Assembly (NCBI GenBank): GCA_964236955.1
Contig: CAXSGP010000005.1
Span: 32,044-96,043, forward strand
From: an uncultured Oligoflexus sp.
GTDB taxonomy: Bacteria; Bdellovibrionota_B; Oligoflexia; Oligoflexales; Oligoflexaceae
DNA length: 64,000 bases
Direction: 5' to 3'
A program made the translations under genes and the position numbers. Below the pieces are notes generated by a model. That model was not told the DNA's origin. It did no database searches and saw only the letters and a program-made list of their open reading frames with translations. Of this stretch, positions 41,238 to 51,243 are shown piece by piece. How positions within the stretch are numbered: position 1 is the stretch's first letter; every line of letters begins with the position of its first letter.

Positions 41238-42254
41238 TCACGAGAACTGATAGCGGGAAAAAGCGTCCCAGCCGAGTTGATGAAAGGCATCATTTTGCGC
41301 TGCCTTGGCAAAATGATGATAACCCAGGGCAGCTATCATCGCGGCATTGTCGGAGCAGTAATCAAGCTGGGGAAAATGCACCGGAATCTTTAATCGCTCT
41401 TTGATCAGTTGGCGAAATTTCTGATTGGCCGCGACGCCGCCGGCAATCAGCAGGCATTGGGCGGAACGCAGATGACAGGCGCTTTCGAGTTTGCGCACAA
41501 GCTGCCCCAAAGCTTCCGCTTGAAAGGCCGCCGCGGCATCCTTGACCTCCTGCTCCGAGAAGTCTTTTTTCTTATGATGCAAGTTTACCATATAGGTCTT
41601 CAGTCCAGAATAACTGAACTGAAGCTTATCCTTTTGCTCCATCATCCGCGGCATGGGAAAGGTGCTTGGATTGCCTTCACGGGCCAGCTTTTCGATAGCC
41701 GGGCCACCCGGGTAGCCAAGGCCAAAGAGTTTGGCTACCTTATCAAAGGATTCGCCACAGGCATCATCGATGCTATAAGCCAGCAGTTCAAATTCGCTCG
41801 GGCTCTTCATAAAATAAATATTGGTATGGCCTCCCGATACAACCAGGGCGAGGCAGGGAAAAAGTTCGGCCGTGGTTTGCGCCAGCCCCAGTAAGGCGCC
41901 ATGCACATGGGCTTCGACGTGATTCACGGGAATCAGCGGAATACCCGAGGCCAGCGCCAGGCCTTTGGCATAAGCAATCCCGACTAACAGGGCGCCGATC
42001 AGTCCCGGTCCTTGAGTGATCGCAATCCCATCGATATCCTTTAGGCTTACGCCAGCTTTAGTCAAGGCCTCGTCGACGATGGCATCGATGACCTGGAGAT
42101 GGGCTCGTGCCGCCACCTCTGGAACCACTCCGCCAAATTTTTGGTGAACGGCGATCTGCGAAGCAACGATCGAACTCCTGACGATGCGCCCATCTTCAAC
42201 GACGGCCGCGGCCGTCTCATCACAGCTTGTCTCGATCCCTAGGATTCGGGTCAT
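41238..42254 (-). CDS. tsaD: tRNA threonylcarbamoyltransferase TsaD
   Basis: ILGIETSCDET, GGVVPEVAAR.H, SGGHT, DDACGESFDK, DNAAMIA. Confidence 0.97.
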   Translation of the reverse strand: MTRILGIETSCDETAAAVVEDGRIVRSSIVASQIAVHQKFGGVVPEVAARAHLQVIDAIVDEALTKAGVSLKDIDGIAITQGPGLIGALLVGIAYAKGLALASGIPLIPVNHVEAHVHGALLGLAQTTAELFPCLALVVSGGHTNIYFMKSPSEFELLAYSIDDACGESFDKVAKLFGLGYPGGPAIEKLAREGNPSTFPMPRMMEQKDKLQFSYSGLKTYMVNLHHKKKDFSEQEVKDAAAAFQAEALGQLVRKLESACHLRSAQCLLIAGGVAANQKFRQLIKERLKIPVHFPQLDYCSDNAAMIAALGYHHFAKAAQNDAFHQLGWDAFSRYQFS

Positions 42255-42265
42255 GGCGCATCCTC

Positions 42266-43111
42266 TTAAAGCTTGGCTAATTTTTCTTTGGCCTGCTTGG
42301 CTTCTTCCGATTTGCCATACTTTTGAATCAGCTCCTGATAATAGATCTTCGCAGTTTCGGCATCGCCCAGCTGCTTGAAGCAATCGCCCATGCGGAGCAG
42401 GGAGAAAGACAGGTTGTCGCTCGGTTTGCTTTCCAGATAGTCATTATAACGCAAGGCGGCATCCCGGATCTGTCCACTTTTATAATAGCTTTCCGCAAGC
42501 ATAAACATCGCTTCCTGTTTGACCTTTTTTGCCTTCAGAGTCCCGAGCAGCTTGTCGCCATGATCGGCAATGAGCTTATAATTCTTGTTGTCAAAGGCAG
42601 CCTTAAGATCCTTAAAGGACTTGAGCTTACCTTCGCTTTCTTTTTTTTCCTTGGCTTCCGAGCTTTCCGAGACCGATTTTTTCTCGGGTTTCTTGGTGTC
42701 GATGGCCTTGTCGATAGCGGCAATGATCTTATTTTGATTCTCTTCGATCGCATCGATGCGGGCGATCACATCGCTCATACTTTTAGCGGCGCTGGTTTCT
42801 TGGGTTCCGCCTTCAGTTCCTGGCAGTTGGCCCGTAACGACCCCCACCCGAAGAGCATCGATATCGCCTTTGATCCTCTGAATTTCGATCGATATCTTGT
42901 CGAGCCGGGTCGTGACCGAAGCTTCCTGCCGACTCGATTGAGTCGTGATTTCCTTACTTTGATTGTTGACCTGGCCTTCCATCGCCACCAATCGGGTTTG
43001 CAGCGAGAAAATATCGTCTTTGAGCTGACGCTCTTCGGCAGGTGTAACACAACCCGTCAATACCAGACACAGCCCCAAGCCTATACTTTTAACCGAAGAC
43101 GAATCATTCAT
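42266..43111 (-). CDS. CpoB/YbgF-like coiled-coil TPR lipoprotein
   Basis: Lipobox LTGC, coiled coil, C-terminal TPRs. Confidence 0.8.
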   Translation of the reverse strand: MNDSSSVKSIGLGLCLVLTGCVTPAEERQLKDDIFSLQTRLVAMEGQVNNQSKEITTQSSRQEASVTTRLDKISIEIQRIKGDIDALRVGVVTGQLPGTEGGTQETSAAKSMSDVIARIDAIEENQNKIIAAIDKAIDTKKPEKKSVSESSEAKEKKESEGKLKSFKDLKAAFDNKNYKLIADHGDKLLGTLKAKKVKQEAMFMLAESYYKSGQIRDAALRYNDYLESKPSDNLSFSLLRMGDCFKQLGDAETAKIYYQELIQKYGKSEEAKQAKEKLAKL

Positions 43112-43112
43112 T

Positions 43113-43565
43113 TTAAGCCCTTTTCTGCTTCTTGATACTTTCAATGCGCCTCCTTAATATAACAAGACGCCGGAAAAACAAATTAGCCTCTTTCGTCCAT
43201 AGATCGAAATATGGCCCGCCGATTTGAAGATCCACTGAAGTGATGCGCAAATTTTCCTTCCAGGTCAAATAATCATTCATTTCTCGCTCATATTTACGCA
43301 ACTCGGCGCTGACGGCCTCTATTGTGCCGCAGGAATGCCCGTTTGAGACGGAGGCGGGTGGGGTTTGTACGCCAATATTTTGGGTTACCCTGGCTTCTTG
43401 TTCTTGGAGTGAGGAGCTTTCTCCTGTATCCTCCAAGCTTGTGTGGGGGAGTTCGTTCCCAGAGTCTATTGGAGAAACTCCCGCTGTGTCGAAGGCATCA
43501 GACTCTACTTGATTATCGGTCGCTTCCTGCGTCAAAAGAGGGTCGTCGTGATGATTTTCTGCCAT
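43113..43565 (-). CDS. Hypothetical protein
   Basis: AAGGTGGA RBS before ATG 43565; acidic disordered N-terminus, helical C-terminus. Confidence 0.55.
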   Translation of the reverse strand: MAENHHDDPLLTQEATDNQVESDAFDTAGVSPIDSGNELPHTSLEDTGESSSLQEQEARVTQNIGVQTPPASVSNGHSCGTIEAVSAELRKYEREMNDYLTWKENLRITSVDLQIGGPYFDLWTKEANLFFRRLVILRRRIESIKKQKRA

Positions 43566-43645
43566 TCGTCCACCTTTTATTTGGCCGTCGACTACGGTAT
43601 CGGTTAAAATCAAAAATATTAGCTGCTTAAGCGGCGGAAGTAACG

Positions 43646-45562
43646 ATGACTGACACGAATGCAAACTTGAAAAAAGACGAATCAGTTGATGACAATCCTT
43701 CCACGGTTAGTCCTTCGGACGATAATGCGACTGAGTTAACCGGCAATGATTTCCCAGTTGACCCTGAAACGGCCACAATCGAAGAAAAAGATATCGATAT
43801 CGTCATAGAAGAGGAGGAGGAGGAGGAAAAGCCTCTCATTGATGACGTCCCCATTGCGGCTGAGTCCTTTGAAGAGCTTGGTCTGGCCGAACCGCTTATG
43901 GCAGCCATTCAAAAGCTGAACTGGACCAAACCCACATTAATTCAGGGGCTTTGTCTGCCTTTGACGACCAAAGGCCAGGATCTTGCCGGGTTTTCGCAGA
44001 CTGGAACCGGTAAAACCGGCGTTTTCCTGATCACCATCGCGCACCAAATCCTAAAAATGCGTGAAGCCGGTGTCGATTACAGCAAAGATCCCAAGGCTAT
44101 TATTCTGGCTCCGACCCGGGAACTCGCCGTACAGATCAGCAGCGATGCTGATCTTCTTTTCAACCAGCTCAATATCTCGTCGATGGCCGTGTACGGTGGT
44201 GTTGACTATGAAAAACAAGCACAAACCATTCGTGCCGGAATCGATGTCATCGTTGCCACACCCGGTCGTTTAAAAGATTATTTCCAAAAGAAGATCTTTT
44301 CGACTAAAGACTGCTGCCTCTTTATCTGTGATGAAGCGGACCGCATGCTCGACATGGGATTTATCGACGATGTTGAGTATTTCCTTTCCAAGTTGAGCCC
44401 AGAGACGCAAAAGATGCTGTTCTCGGCGACGACCAATGAGAAGGTAAAAGAGCTCGCCTTTGAATACCTGGAAAACCCTAAGTATATTTCCGCAAACCCG
44501 GAAATTATGACTCCCGAGCGTATCAAGCAGTTTGCCGTGATCTGTGAATCCACTGAAAAGCTGCAGGTGATGCTGGGTTTACTGCGTGAACATCAGCCGG
44601 TTTGCGCTGTTATTTTCACGAATACAAAGATCGTTGCCGAATGGCTTCAGTACAAACTGAACAACAACGGGATCGAAGTCGATCTGATCACAGGCGATCT
44701 GCCGCAGACCAAGCGTATCGCACTTGTTCAGCGCATCAAAAATAATGAAGTTAAAGCGCTGATCGCCACCGATGTAGCCAGTCGTGGCTTGCATATATCA
44801 AGCATTACGCACGTCTATAATTTTGATCTGCCCGATGACGCGGCCAACTACGTGCATCGCATCGGCCGGACGGCGCGTGCGGGAGCTGAAGGTTCCGCTT
44901 ATTCTTTGGTCTGTGAAGATTATGGCCATAACCTCCTCGCTATCCAACGCTATTTGGGCGAGAATATTCCTATCGATACATACTGGTATCCTGCAGAATT
45001 TCTTCAGATTGAAGACAAGGCTGCAAACCCTTACAAGGATTCGAATTTCAAGGGCAATCGCATGAAGGATGAGGACTCCCAGCGGTCCGGTGGCCGCTCA
45101 CAAAGTGGAAGATCTCAGCAGGGTGGTCGTGGCAGCAGCCGAAGTGAGGGGGGCACAGGCCGACCCCAAGGCAGCCGCAATCGTCCTGAAGAGACCAAGC
45201 AAGGTCGTGGACCAAGAGGCGATCGGTCGCAGCGACCCGATCGTAACGAGAACGAACGTCAAAGTCAAACAGCACAGACAGCAAAACAGCCGAATCAACA
45301 TCAGACGAATCAAGCCCAACGCGGCGAGCGCCGACCGCACAAAAAAGCTCATACGGGAGCCCATCACCCGGGTGATAGAGAGCCTAAACGTGAGATCATC
45401 GCCGGACCTCAGGCAGGGGGCGAAAGAAAGCTTAAAGTCCTCGCTCCAGCGGGACCGATCATCAAGCCTGTCAATCCCATCAAGAAGAACCAAGATGTTC
45501 CTTACACTCTCCTTGGTCTCTTCAAAAAAATCTTCTCGGTATTTTTTAAACGCAAGAAATAG
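43646..45562 (+). CDS. DEAD-box RNA helicase, RhlB-like
   Basis: QTGTGKT, PTRELA, DEADRM, SAT, RGLHI, HRIGRT; Arg/Gly/Gln-rich tail. Confidence 0.93.
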   Translation: MTDTNANLKKDESVDDNPSTVSPSDDNATELTGNDFPVDPETATIEEKDIDIVIEEEEEEEKPLIDDVPIAAESFEELGLAEPLMAAIQKLNWTKPTLIQGLCLPLTTKGQDLAGFSQTGTGKTGVFLITIAHQILKMREAGVDYSKDPKAIILAPTRELAVQISSDADLLFNQLNISSMAVYGGVDYEKQAQTIRAGIDVIVATPGRLKDYFQKKIFSTKDCCLFICDEADRMLDMGFIDDVEYFLSKLSPETQKMLFSATTNEKVKELAFEYLENPKYISANPEIMTPERIKQFAVICESTEKLQVMLGLLREHQPVCAVIFTNTKIVAEWLQYKLNNNGIEVDLITGDLPQTKRIALVQRIKNNEVKALIATDVASRGLHISSITHVYNFDLPDDAANYVHRIGRTARAGAEGSAYSLVCEDYGHNLLAIQRYLGENIPIDTYWYPAEFLQIEDKAANPYKDSNFKGNRMKDEDSQRSGGRSQSGRSQQGGRGSSRSEGGTGRPQGSRNRPEETKQGRGPRGDRSQRPDRNENERQSQTAQTAKQPNQHQTNQAQRGERRPHKKAHTGAHHPGDREPKREIIAGPQAGGERKLKVLAPAGPIIKPVNPIKKNQDVPYTLLGLFKKIFSVFFKRKK

Positions 45563-46451
45563 CACCAGCCTTTGTAAACTGCCAGAGCCCCTGAAAACGG
45601 GGGCTTTGGCGGTTTAACACCACCACCAACGCGCCGTGGGATATTAAAATCTCTTCCCACTCCCGGCGGCTCGCCGCCCCAAGTTCAGCCAAACGCCAAG
45701 GTAATTCTTCAGCACTTGCCGCATGAACGGTGGTCCATACCGAAGCATGACCAGCTAGGAGCGCCCTTTTATAGGCAAAGATCTCCTCGCGCCTGAGCTC
45801 ACCGATAATCATCCGATCGGGCCGCAGTCTTAAAAGTTCATCGATAAGATATTCAAGCGTGATTGCTCCCTCTCCGGCAAGATTGGGAGCCTGGGCACAA
45901 AGCCTTATCCACCGCGAAGACAGCCGGGGAACCTCCGGGAGCTGCTCAAGGATAGCGATGCGCTCGCCTTCGGCAAAATGCATAAGAGCACTCACCATGA
46001 AACTGGTCTTACCTGATCCCGTGGGTCCCATGATAAAAACCGGATGCTCGGAAGCGAGAAAGGCGAGGGCCCTGGCTTGATGGGGGGGAGGAATAAAATC
46101 AGCAAGTGAAAAATCGCCAAGCCGGTGCCGACGGATGCTTAACAGAAGCCCATCCCGCGCAACGGGAGCTAACAATCCATGCCAACGGTAGTGACGCTGC
46201 AAAGGCTGAGCTGTGACGCTAAAGCTGCCTCCTGCCGACGGCTGCATGGGGTCCCAACGCACCCCCTGACCCAACGCGAAGTCCTGGATCATGGAAAGAG
46301 TAAAATCGTTTAGAGGCGAAGCCCGATAGCTTTTAACATCGCCTGAAATTGTGCAAAGCGAGTCAAAGCCATCAAAGAGTAATTCGTCAATAGAAGAATC
46401 GGCGAGAAAAAGATCGTCGATGAAGTGTTCGAAGGACATAAAAGATCTCAA
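45546..46451 (-). CDS. Short CpaF/VirB11-family ATPase
   Basis: GPTGSGKT, LEQLPE, LRLRPDR.IIGE.R, GH...TTVHA. Confidence 0.85.
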   Translation of the reverse strand: MRSFMSFEHFIDDLFLADSSIDELLFDGFDSLCTISGDVKSYRASPLNDFTLSMIQDFALGQGVRWDPMQPSAGGSFSVTAQPLQRHYRWHGLLAPVARDGLLLSIRRHRLGDFSLADFIPPPHQARALAFLASEHPVFIMGPTGSGKTSFMVSALMHFAEGERIAILEQLPEVPRLSSRWIRLCAQAPNLAGEGAITLEYLIDELLRLRPDRMIIGELRREEIFAYKRALLAGHASVWTTVHAASAEELPWRLAELGAASRREWEEILISHGALVVVLNRQSPRFQGLWQFTKAGAISCV

Positions 46452-46532
46452 AGCGTTTAGGTCATATAATATAGACCCGGAACGAAACGATTGAGAGAAG
46501 GCCTAGGATAATGCGTTGGTGGTTGGTGAGGC

Positions 46533-47036
46533 TTAGCAATAAAATTCGGGAACACAGACCTTAAACATCTCCAGAAAGTCATTTTCTGAAGTACCAGGCA
46601 GGACTGAGGTAAAGATTTCCGCCAAGAGATTGGACACCTCTTCATCGTCCCAATCACGGGTATCGATCACCCTTGCGCCCTCGAGCATACGCTCGATGAT
46701 GTCATTGGATAAGATTCCTTTGTGACGGCAAAGTTCAAGTTTTGACCAGATTTTCTTGGAAAAACACACTCGTTCCATAGGGTGCGGAATTCGAACGCCA
46801 TCGCCCTGGGTCTGCAGCATCGCTAGAGATTCAACGACCGTACCGGAGTTAACGGCCTTTTCCACCCAGTCGCAGGCCATTTCGATATCATGACTCGAAA
46901 ATCCAGCATCTAAAAGTTCGTTCCGAACGTATCGCTCTGTCAGTTCTAGCTCGTCGTAGCCATAGACTACTAGTTCAGCCATAGCCTGAACAACTAACCA
47001 CCAAGCCGCTCCTGAAGTGACGCTGTGCATGCTCAC
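46533..47036 (-). CDS. Smg (DUF494) family protein
   Basis: LLDAGF...DI..A..W, RI....E; directly downstream of dprA. Confidence 0.7.
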   Translation of the reverse strand: MSMHSVTSGAAWWLVVQAMAELVVYGYDELELTERYVRNELLDAGFSSHDIEMACDWVEKAVNSGTVVESLAMLQTQGDGVRIPHPMERVCFSKKIWSKLELCRHKGILSNDIIERMLEGARVIDTRDWDDEEVSNLLAEIFTSVLPGTSENDFLEMFKVCVPEFYC

Positions 47037-47174
47037 TCCTCAATTGGTTCCGCCAGGTCCGCTTTTCGGACAGATCTAAGCTCTTCATGATGTATTCTTT
47101 ATGATCTTCATATTAGCCTAATTGTTTACACTTGAGAAAGCAAAATAAACTTGGGACAAGTCCTACGCCTCGTT

Positions 47175-48146
47175 CTAGTACATAAGAACAAGACTTAAAA
47201 AGTCTTCCGCCGATTGAAAGGGAAAGGCGCCGTCCTCAAGGATCCGCCGTGAACCCTCCGCCCTGATGTCGTCCACATCATGGACCAGAGCATAGACCTC
47301 CCGCCCTTGCTCGAGAGCGTAAGACGCGGTCCTCAGCGCTCCCGATTTGACTCCAGCCTGCATAAGCGCCAGATAGGAGGAGAGGCCGGCAATGATGCGA
47401 TTTCGAACCGGGAAATCCATCGGCCGAGCCGGATATTCCCAGAGCCTTTCACTGATAAACAAGCCGTTTTTCTTCTGCACCCGCTGAAACAGACTGCTGA
47501 GACATTGGGGGTAAAGCTTTGAAAGTCCACCGGCAAAAACGACGATCGTTGGCACCGGATCCAGCTCACTTTCAAGCGCACCCAAATGAGCTGCGGCATC
47601 ACAGCCAATTGCTCCGCCGCTGACCACAACAGCTCCCGATTGCGCCAAGGCCAAACCCAGGGCCCTCGATTGTTGAAAAGCAAAATCAGAGGCTTTGCGG
47701 GAACCGACCAGGCAAAGCTTGGGTTTATGCAAAAGACTGAGATCCCCTATACACGTCAAACATGCAGGAGGGTCAGGAATATGCTTTAAAAGATAGGGAT
47801 AGGAAGGGTGGAAGTAGTCAATGAGTAGCGCCCGGTTGTGATTGATCTGATAAAGATTATCAAAAATGACCGTCGCCAAACCGATGCCGCTAAAATTGAT
47901 GCGCTCAAGAACACGCACCCATGCCGAAGGCGAAAGAGTCCGCCGTTGCTCTTCAATATAGTGCGCCCAATCCTGTAGACTCAGCGCAAAAACATCACAG
48001 CGATCATGCTCGGTTGGCCTCGCCTGAACCATAGGCAAGGGCAGAGGTAAAGGCAACCATTTATAGGCAAGCTGTGAGACGGCATGGGTGATGACGGCTT
48101 CGATCTGCAAAGTGAAATACATGAGGAATCCTCCCTTGCCTCGCAA
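47175..48146 (-). CDS. dprA: DNA-processing protein DprA
   Basis: YP.LL..I.DPP, VGSR, SG.A.G.D..AH.GAL, FPVRNRIIAGLS, SGAL.TA..A.EQGREV. Confidence 0.93.
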   Translation of the reverse strand: MRGKGGFLMYFTLQIEAVITHAVSQLAYKWLPLPLPLPMVQARPTEHDRCDVFALSLQDWAHYIEEQRRTLSPSAWVRVLERINFSGIGLATVIFDNLYQINHNRALLIDYFHPSYPYLLKHIPDPPACLTCIGDLSLLHKPKLCLVGSRKASDFAFQQSRALGLALAQSGAVVVSGGAIGCDAAAHLGALESELDPVPTIVVFAGGLSKLYPQCLSSLFQRVQKKNGLFISERLWEYPARPMDFPVRNRIIAGLSSYLALMQAGVKSGALRTASYALEQGREVYALVHDVDDIRAEGSRRILEDGAFPFQSAEDFLSLVLMY

Positions 48147-48227
48147 TCTAGCGAGCTTGGAGCAAGGAGGACAGGGACAAAATCTAAGGTTTTAAAGTAG
48201 GCAGCGCCGCTGCCAGCAAGTCAAATT

Positions 48228-49577
48228 CTATGGGGCAAGGCGATCACCCAGGCGGACTTCAAAGGAGTCATGGGTTATATAACCGAGAGCCGCGGCCCCA
48301 CTGACGTCGAGTATGTAGACGCGCGCGACCCGGCTGTCGGTATCGGGCAATCGATCCTTCATGATTTCTGTCGCTGCGACTTTGACGTTTTGAATAATAT
48401 TGTAGGTCTCTTTTTCCTGCAGTTTACCCAGCGACTGATCGATAAAAACAAAAGCCCCACGCCCCCCGAGATAGGATCGAGGTTCCGAGAATGCAACCAC
48501 TTCCTGCTGGAGGCCCTTGCCTTCCGCGGAGGGATCCGTTGGCACCCGGCGTTTTACCGAGCGGTAGGATATAAGGATATCGCCAGGTTGAATACCCAGT
48601 CGGTTGAATAAAACGGAGCCCTTAAAGACATCATCATCGTCCTTATCCTGGGCCTCGAGTTTGAGTTGGGCGATGAATTCATAGCGCCAGCCAACCTTGG
48701 AGTGATCCGCGCTGAAGATCTTGCTGCCCAAACGAACGACGGAGTAGGTCGTTCCCACTTTAAGCCCACCGGTTTGCTTGACGATCGTCTGCTGACCCTT
48801 GTCGACCAGAAACGAACCCGCTGAACCACCGACCACTTCCCCAAGTTCATCAAGTTCGTCTTCGACGATAAAAGCAGGGATCAAGACGGGCTTGCTATCA
48901 AGGTTATAGCGGCCACCGGCATCGACAAACATCGCATCGATACGGCCCATTCCCCGAAGTTCATCGGGTTCGATGATCTTCATATTCGCAGGAATTTCCG
49001 AACGCATCAGCATCCCGGCGATATCTTCGCGAACCAGCTCGGATTCGGACACCTTGCCCTTGGCGACGGGAAGGATATCGTCTTCCGTGATAACCTGCAG
49101 AAAGGGAGGGCTCGAGTCGTCGCCGGCATAAAACCTGAGACGCATGCCCGGATAGACGAAGTGAGGGTTGGTGATGGTTGGGTTAAAGGACCAAAGCTTC
49201 GGCCAATACTTGGCCTCATCGATCAGCTGATCGCAGATATCGTAAAGGGTATCACCTTCATGAACCAAATACTCCTCCGGTGCCTCGCCCGTCGCCAGGT
49301 TGCGCATGACCCCAGGATTGGGTGGAGCACCTGCAAAGAGGTTGGGTTCTGAGATCTTTTTTATGCGACTTCTGATATCGATGGCTTCGGACCCAGCCGT
49401 ATCACTGGCGGGTTTCATCTCGCGACCAGGAGCTGCGGCCTTGTTCCCCGGCTTGGCGTCGGGCGCAGAATTATCGCTCATGGCCTCCAGACTTTCGAGG
49501 CTAGGCTCCTCAGCGAAGCTGGTTCCGCTGGTTCCACTGATCCAAAGTATCCAAAGCAAGCAAGCCATCGGCTTCAT
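48228..49577 (-). CDS. LysM peptidoglycan-binding domain protein
   Basis: YLVHEGDTLYDI...WPKLW..NP.I.NPH..YPG; conserved position upstream of dprA. Confidence 0.88.
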   Translation of the reverse strand: MKPMACLLWILWISGTSGTSFAEEPSLESLEAMSDNSAPDAKPGNKAAAPGREMKPASDTAGSEAIDIRSRIKKISEPNLFAGAPPNPGVMRNLATGEAPEEYLVHEGDTLYDICDQLIDEAKYWPKLWSFNPTITNPHFVYPGMRLRFYAGDDSSPPFLQVITEDDILPVAKGKVSESELVREDIAGMLMRSEIPANMKIIEPDELRGMGRIDAMFVDAGGRYNLDSKPVLIPAFIVEDELDELGEVVGGSAGSFLVDKGQQTIVKQTGGLKVGTTYSVVRLGSKIFSADHSKVGWRYEFIAQLKLEAQDKDDDDVFKGSVLFNRLGIQPGDILISYRSVKRRVPTDPSAEGKGLQQEVVAFSEPRSYLGGRGAFVFIDQSLGKLQEKETYNIIQNVKVAATEIMKDRLPDTDSRVARVYILDVSGAAALGYITHDSFEVRLGDRLAP

Positions 49578-50344
49578 AATTGCTCCTTCATACGCTGGAT
49601 TTCCGCTTTTGCCATTTCCCCGAGATCTCGATCGGGATTATCGTCAAGTATCTTTTGGAACTGTTCCAGCGCTCTTTGATTAAGCCCTCGGCTCTGTTCA
49701 ATCTTGGCGAGATAGAAACCGGCGTGATTGGTCCATGGACTGCTCGGGTAGCGGCCTTTAAAAGCCATGAAACTTTCTTCGGCCAATTTATATTCTTTGA
49801 GATAGAACCAGCTGAGCCCGATCCAATAATGATGGCTGCCTTCCGTGATCTCATCATCAAACTTTGCACCGATGTCATTAAACGCGACGATCGCCTGCCC
49901 GTAGTTGGCGCGATTGAATTTATCCTGAGCGTCCTGCAGAAGTTTTCGATAAAGGGTCCGGTCATGGCTCAGCTCGGGGGCGGGAACTGGGACGGCAACC
50001 GGGACTTGAAGTTTAAGTGCCGGTTCCTCGTCAGGCGCAGATTTTTTGGGCCTGGGACTCTTTCCTTCCGCCCTTAATTCTTCGGGAATAAGGCCGAGAA
50101 GCAAACCCTTTTCAAGGATTTTGCTGCGCTCCTTTTGCTGCAGCTGCTGCGCTTCCAGATCATCCACCTTCGACCAGAGTTGGGCCAGCCGCAACTCGAT
50201 AGCATCGATGGGCGTGACCCTGGGCGCCAATCCCGAGCCATTGGGAACAGCCGCCGCCGCCGCTTCACCGGCCGGTGTTTCCCTATTAAAAAGGCTGGCG
50301 CAGGAGCTTAAGGTCAAGAGTAAAAATATCAGAAAAATAGGCAT
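49574..50344 (-). CDS. CpoB/YbgF-like TPR lipoprotein
   Basis: Lipobox LSSC, coiled coil, HYWIG TPR repeats. Confidence 0.78.
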   Translation of the reverse strand: MPIFLIFLLLTLSSCASLFNRETPAGEAAAAAVPNGSGLAPRVTPIDAIELRLAQLWSKVDDLEAQQLQQKERSKILEKGLLLGLIPEELRAEGKSPRPKKSAPDEEPALKLQVPVAVPVPAPELSHDRTLYRKLLQDAQDKFNRANYGQAIVAFNDIGAKFDDEITEGSHHYWIGLSWFYLKEYKLAEESFMAFKGRYPSSPWTNHAGFYLAKIEQSRGLNQRALEQFQKILDDNPDRDLGEMAKAEIQRMKEQL

Positions 50345-50353
50345 AACATTCCT

Positions 50354-51139
50354 CTAGATAGCTTCCGCGACGGTCAGCTGGCGAATGAAGTGACGAATTT
50401 TCTGCTGCTGATCGTCACCAATTTCGGCGAACTCGAAACCGATTCGATATTCGAGTTGAAAGCGCTCGCCGACAAGCTCATCTTCGACCCGATTTTTAAT
50501 CTTTCGTCGCCATCGAATGACGCCGTTCATAGGCAAAGGCTGGGACATGGGCAGATGAAGAAGGGCCTGGACCTTGTCGGTCATGGCCTCTGACGCATGA
50601 AGAAAAGCGGGAAAACGCGTCACCAGGCAAACCCCGCCCATGCTTATATCAGCAATGCCTATCCAATTGGGAATGCCGCCGTAGCTACTGAAAAAAGGGG
50701 AGCTGGAAGGATCGTTTTCAACTGACTTCCAAAAGCCAAAACTCATAAAAGCCGTAAGTTTATTAGAAACACGAAATCTTGAGTTTGTGCGCCGCTCGGT
50801 ATTGATCAAAGTCTTGGGCATCGAACAAATGATGCCATCCTGATTTTTATCTACGATCAGAGTTTGAAAGGTAAGCTGTGAGGACATGCCTAAGACCTCG
50901 ACTTTAACCGGCATGTCGCGCTCGAGTTTAATGAGTCCGGCTTCCGACATTTTACCCATGAGGATGACAGGTTTTTGGCCGATATTGCCCATCTTTATAA
51001 AGGCACCGCGGATGGTGACCTTGCCACTATCCCGATGCCTCAAGAGCACTTGCATATTTCCGTCACACATCCGTGCAACCAGACGAGAAATTCTGTCAGG
51101 GTTCGAGATCTTGGAGCTGGCTCCCAGGTCTTCACTCAT
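50354..51139 (-). CDS. PilZ-domain protein (YcgR-like architecture)
   Basis: ERRTNSRF (RxxxR), DISMGG (DxSxxG), G.EF. Confidence 0.82.
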   Translation of the reverse strand: MSEDLGASSKISNPDRISRLVARMCDGNMQVLLRHRDSGKVTIRGAFIKMGNIGQKPVILMGKMSEAGLIKLERDMPVKVEVLGMSSQLTFQTLIVDKNQDGIICSMPKTLINTERRTNSRFRVSNKLTAFMSFGFWKSVENDPSSSPFFSSYGGIPNWIGIADISMGGVCLVTRFPAFLHASEAMTDKVQALLHLPMSQPLPMNGVIRWRRKIKNRVEDELVGERFQLEYRIGFEFAEIGDDQQQKIRHFIRQLTVAEAI

Positions 51140-51243
51140 AGCATCCCCCTGAACAAGTTGTTAGCGCGACGTGGCGACTGCTACGATGCATCGAGAGGCC
51201 AGTTCTTGTGTTTCGAGGCAAGCTAACGCTCCCTTGCGTAGCA

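Noticed and set aside
42323..43135. Long antisense ORFs (also 26896-27660, 55478-56257, 57912-58757)
   Set aside because: Lie opposite well-supported genes; typical codon-bias shadows
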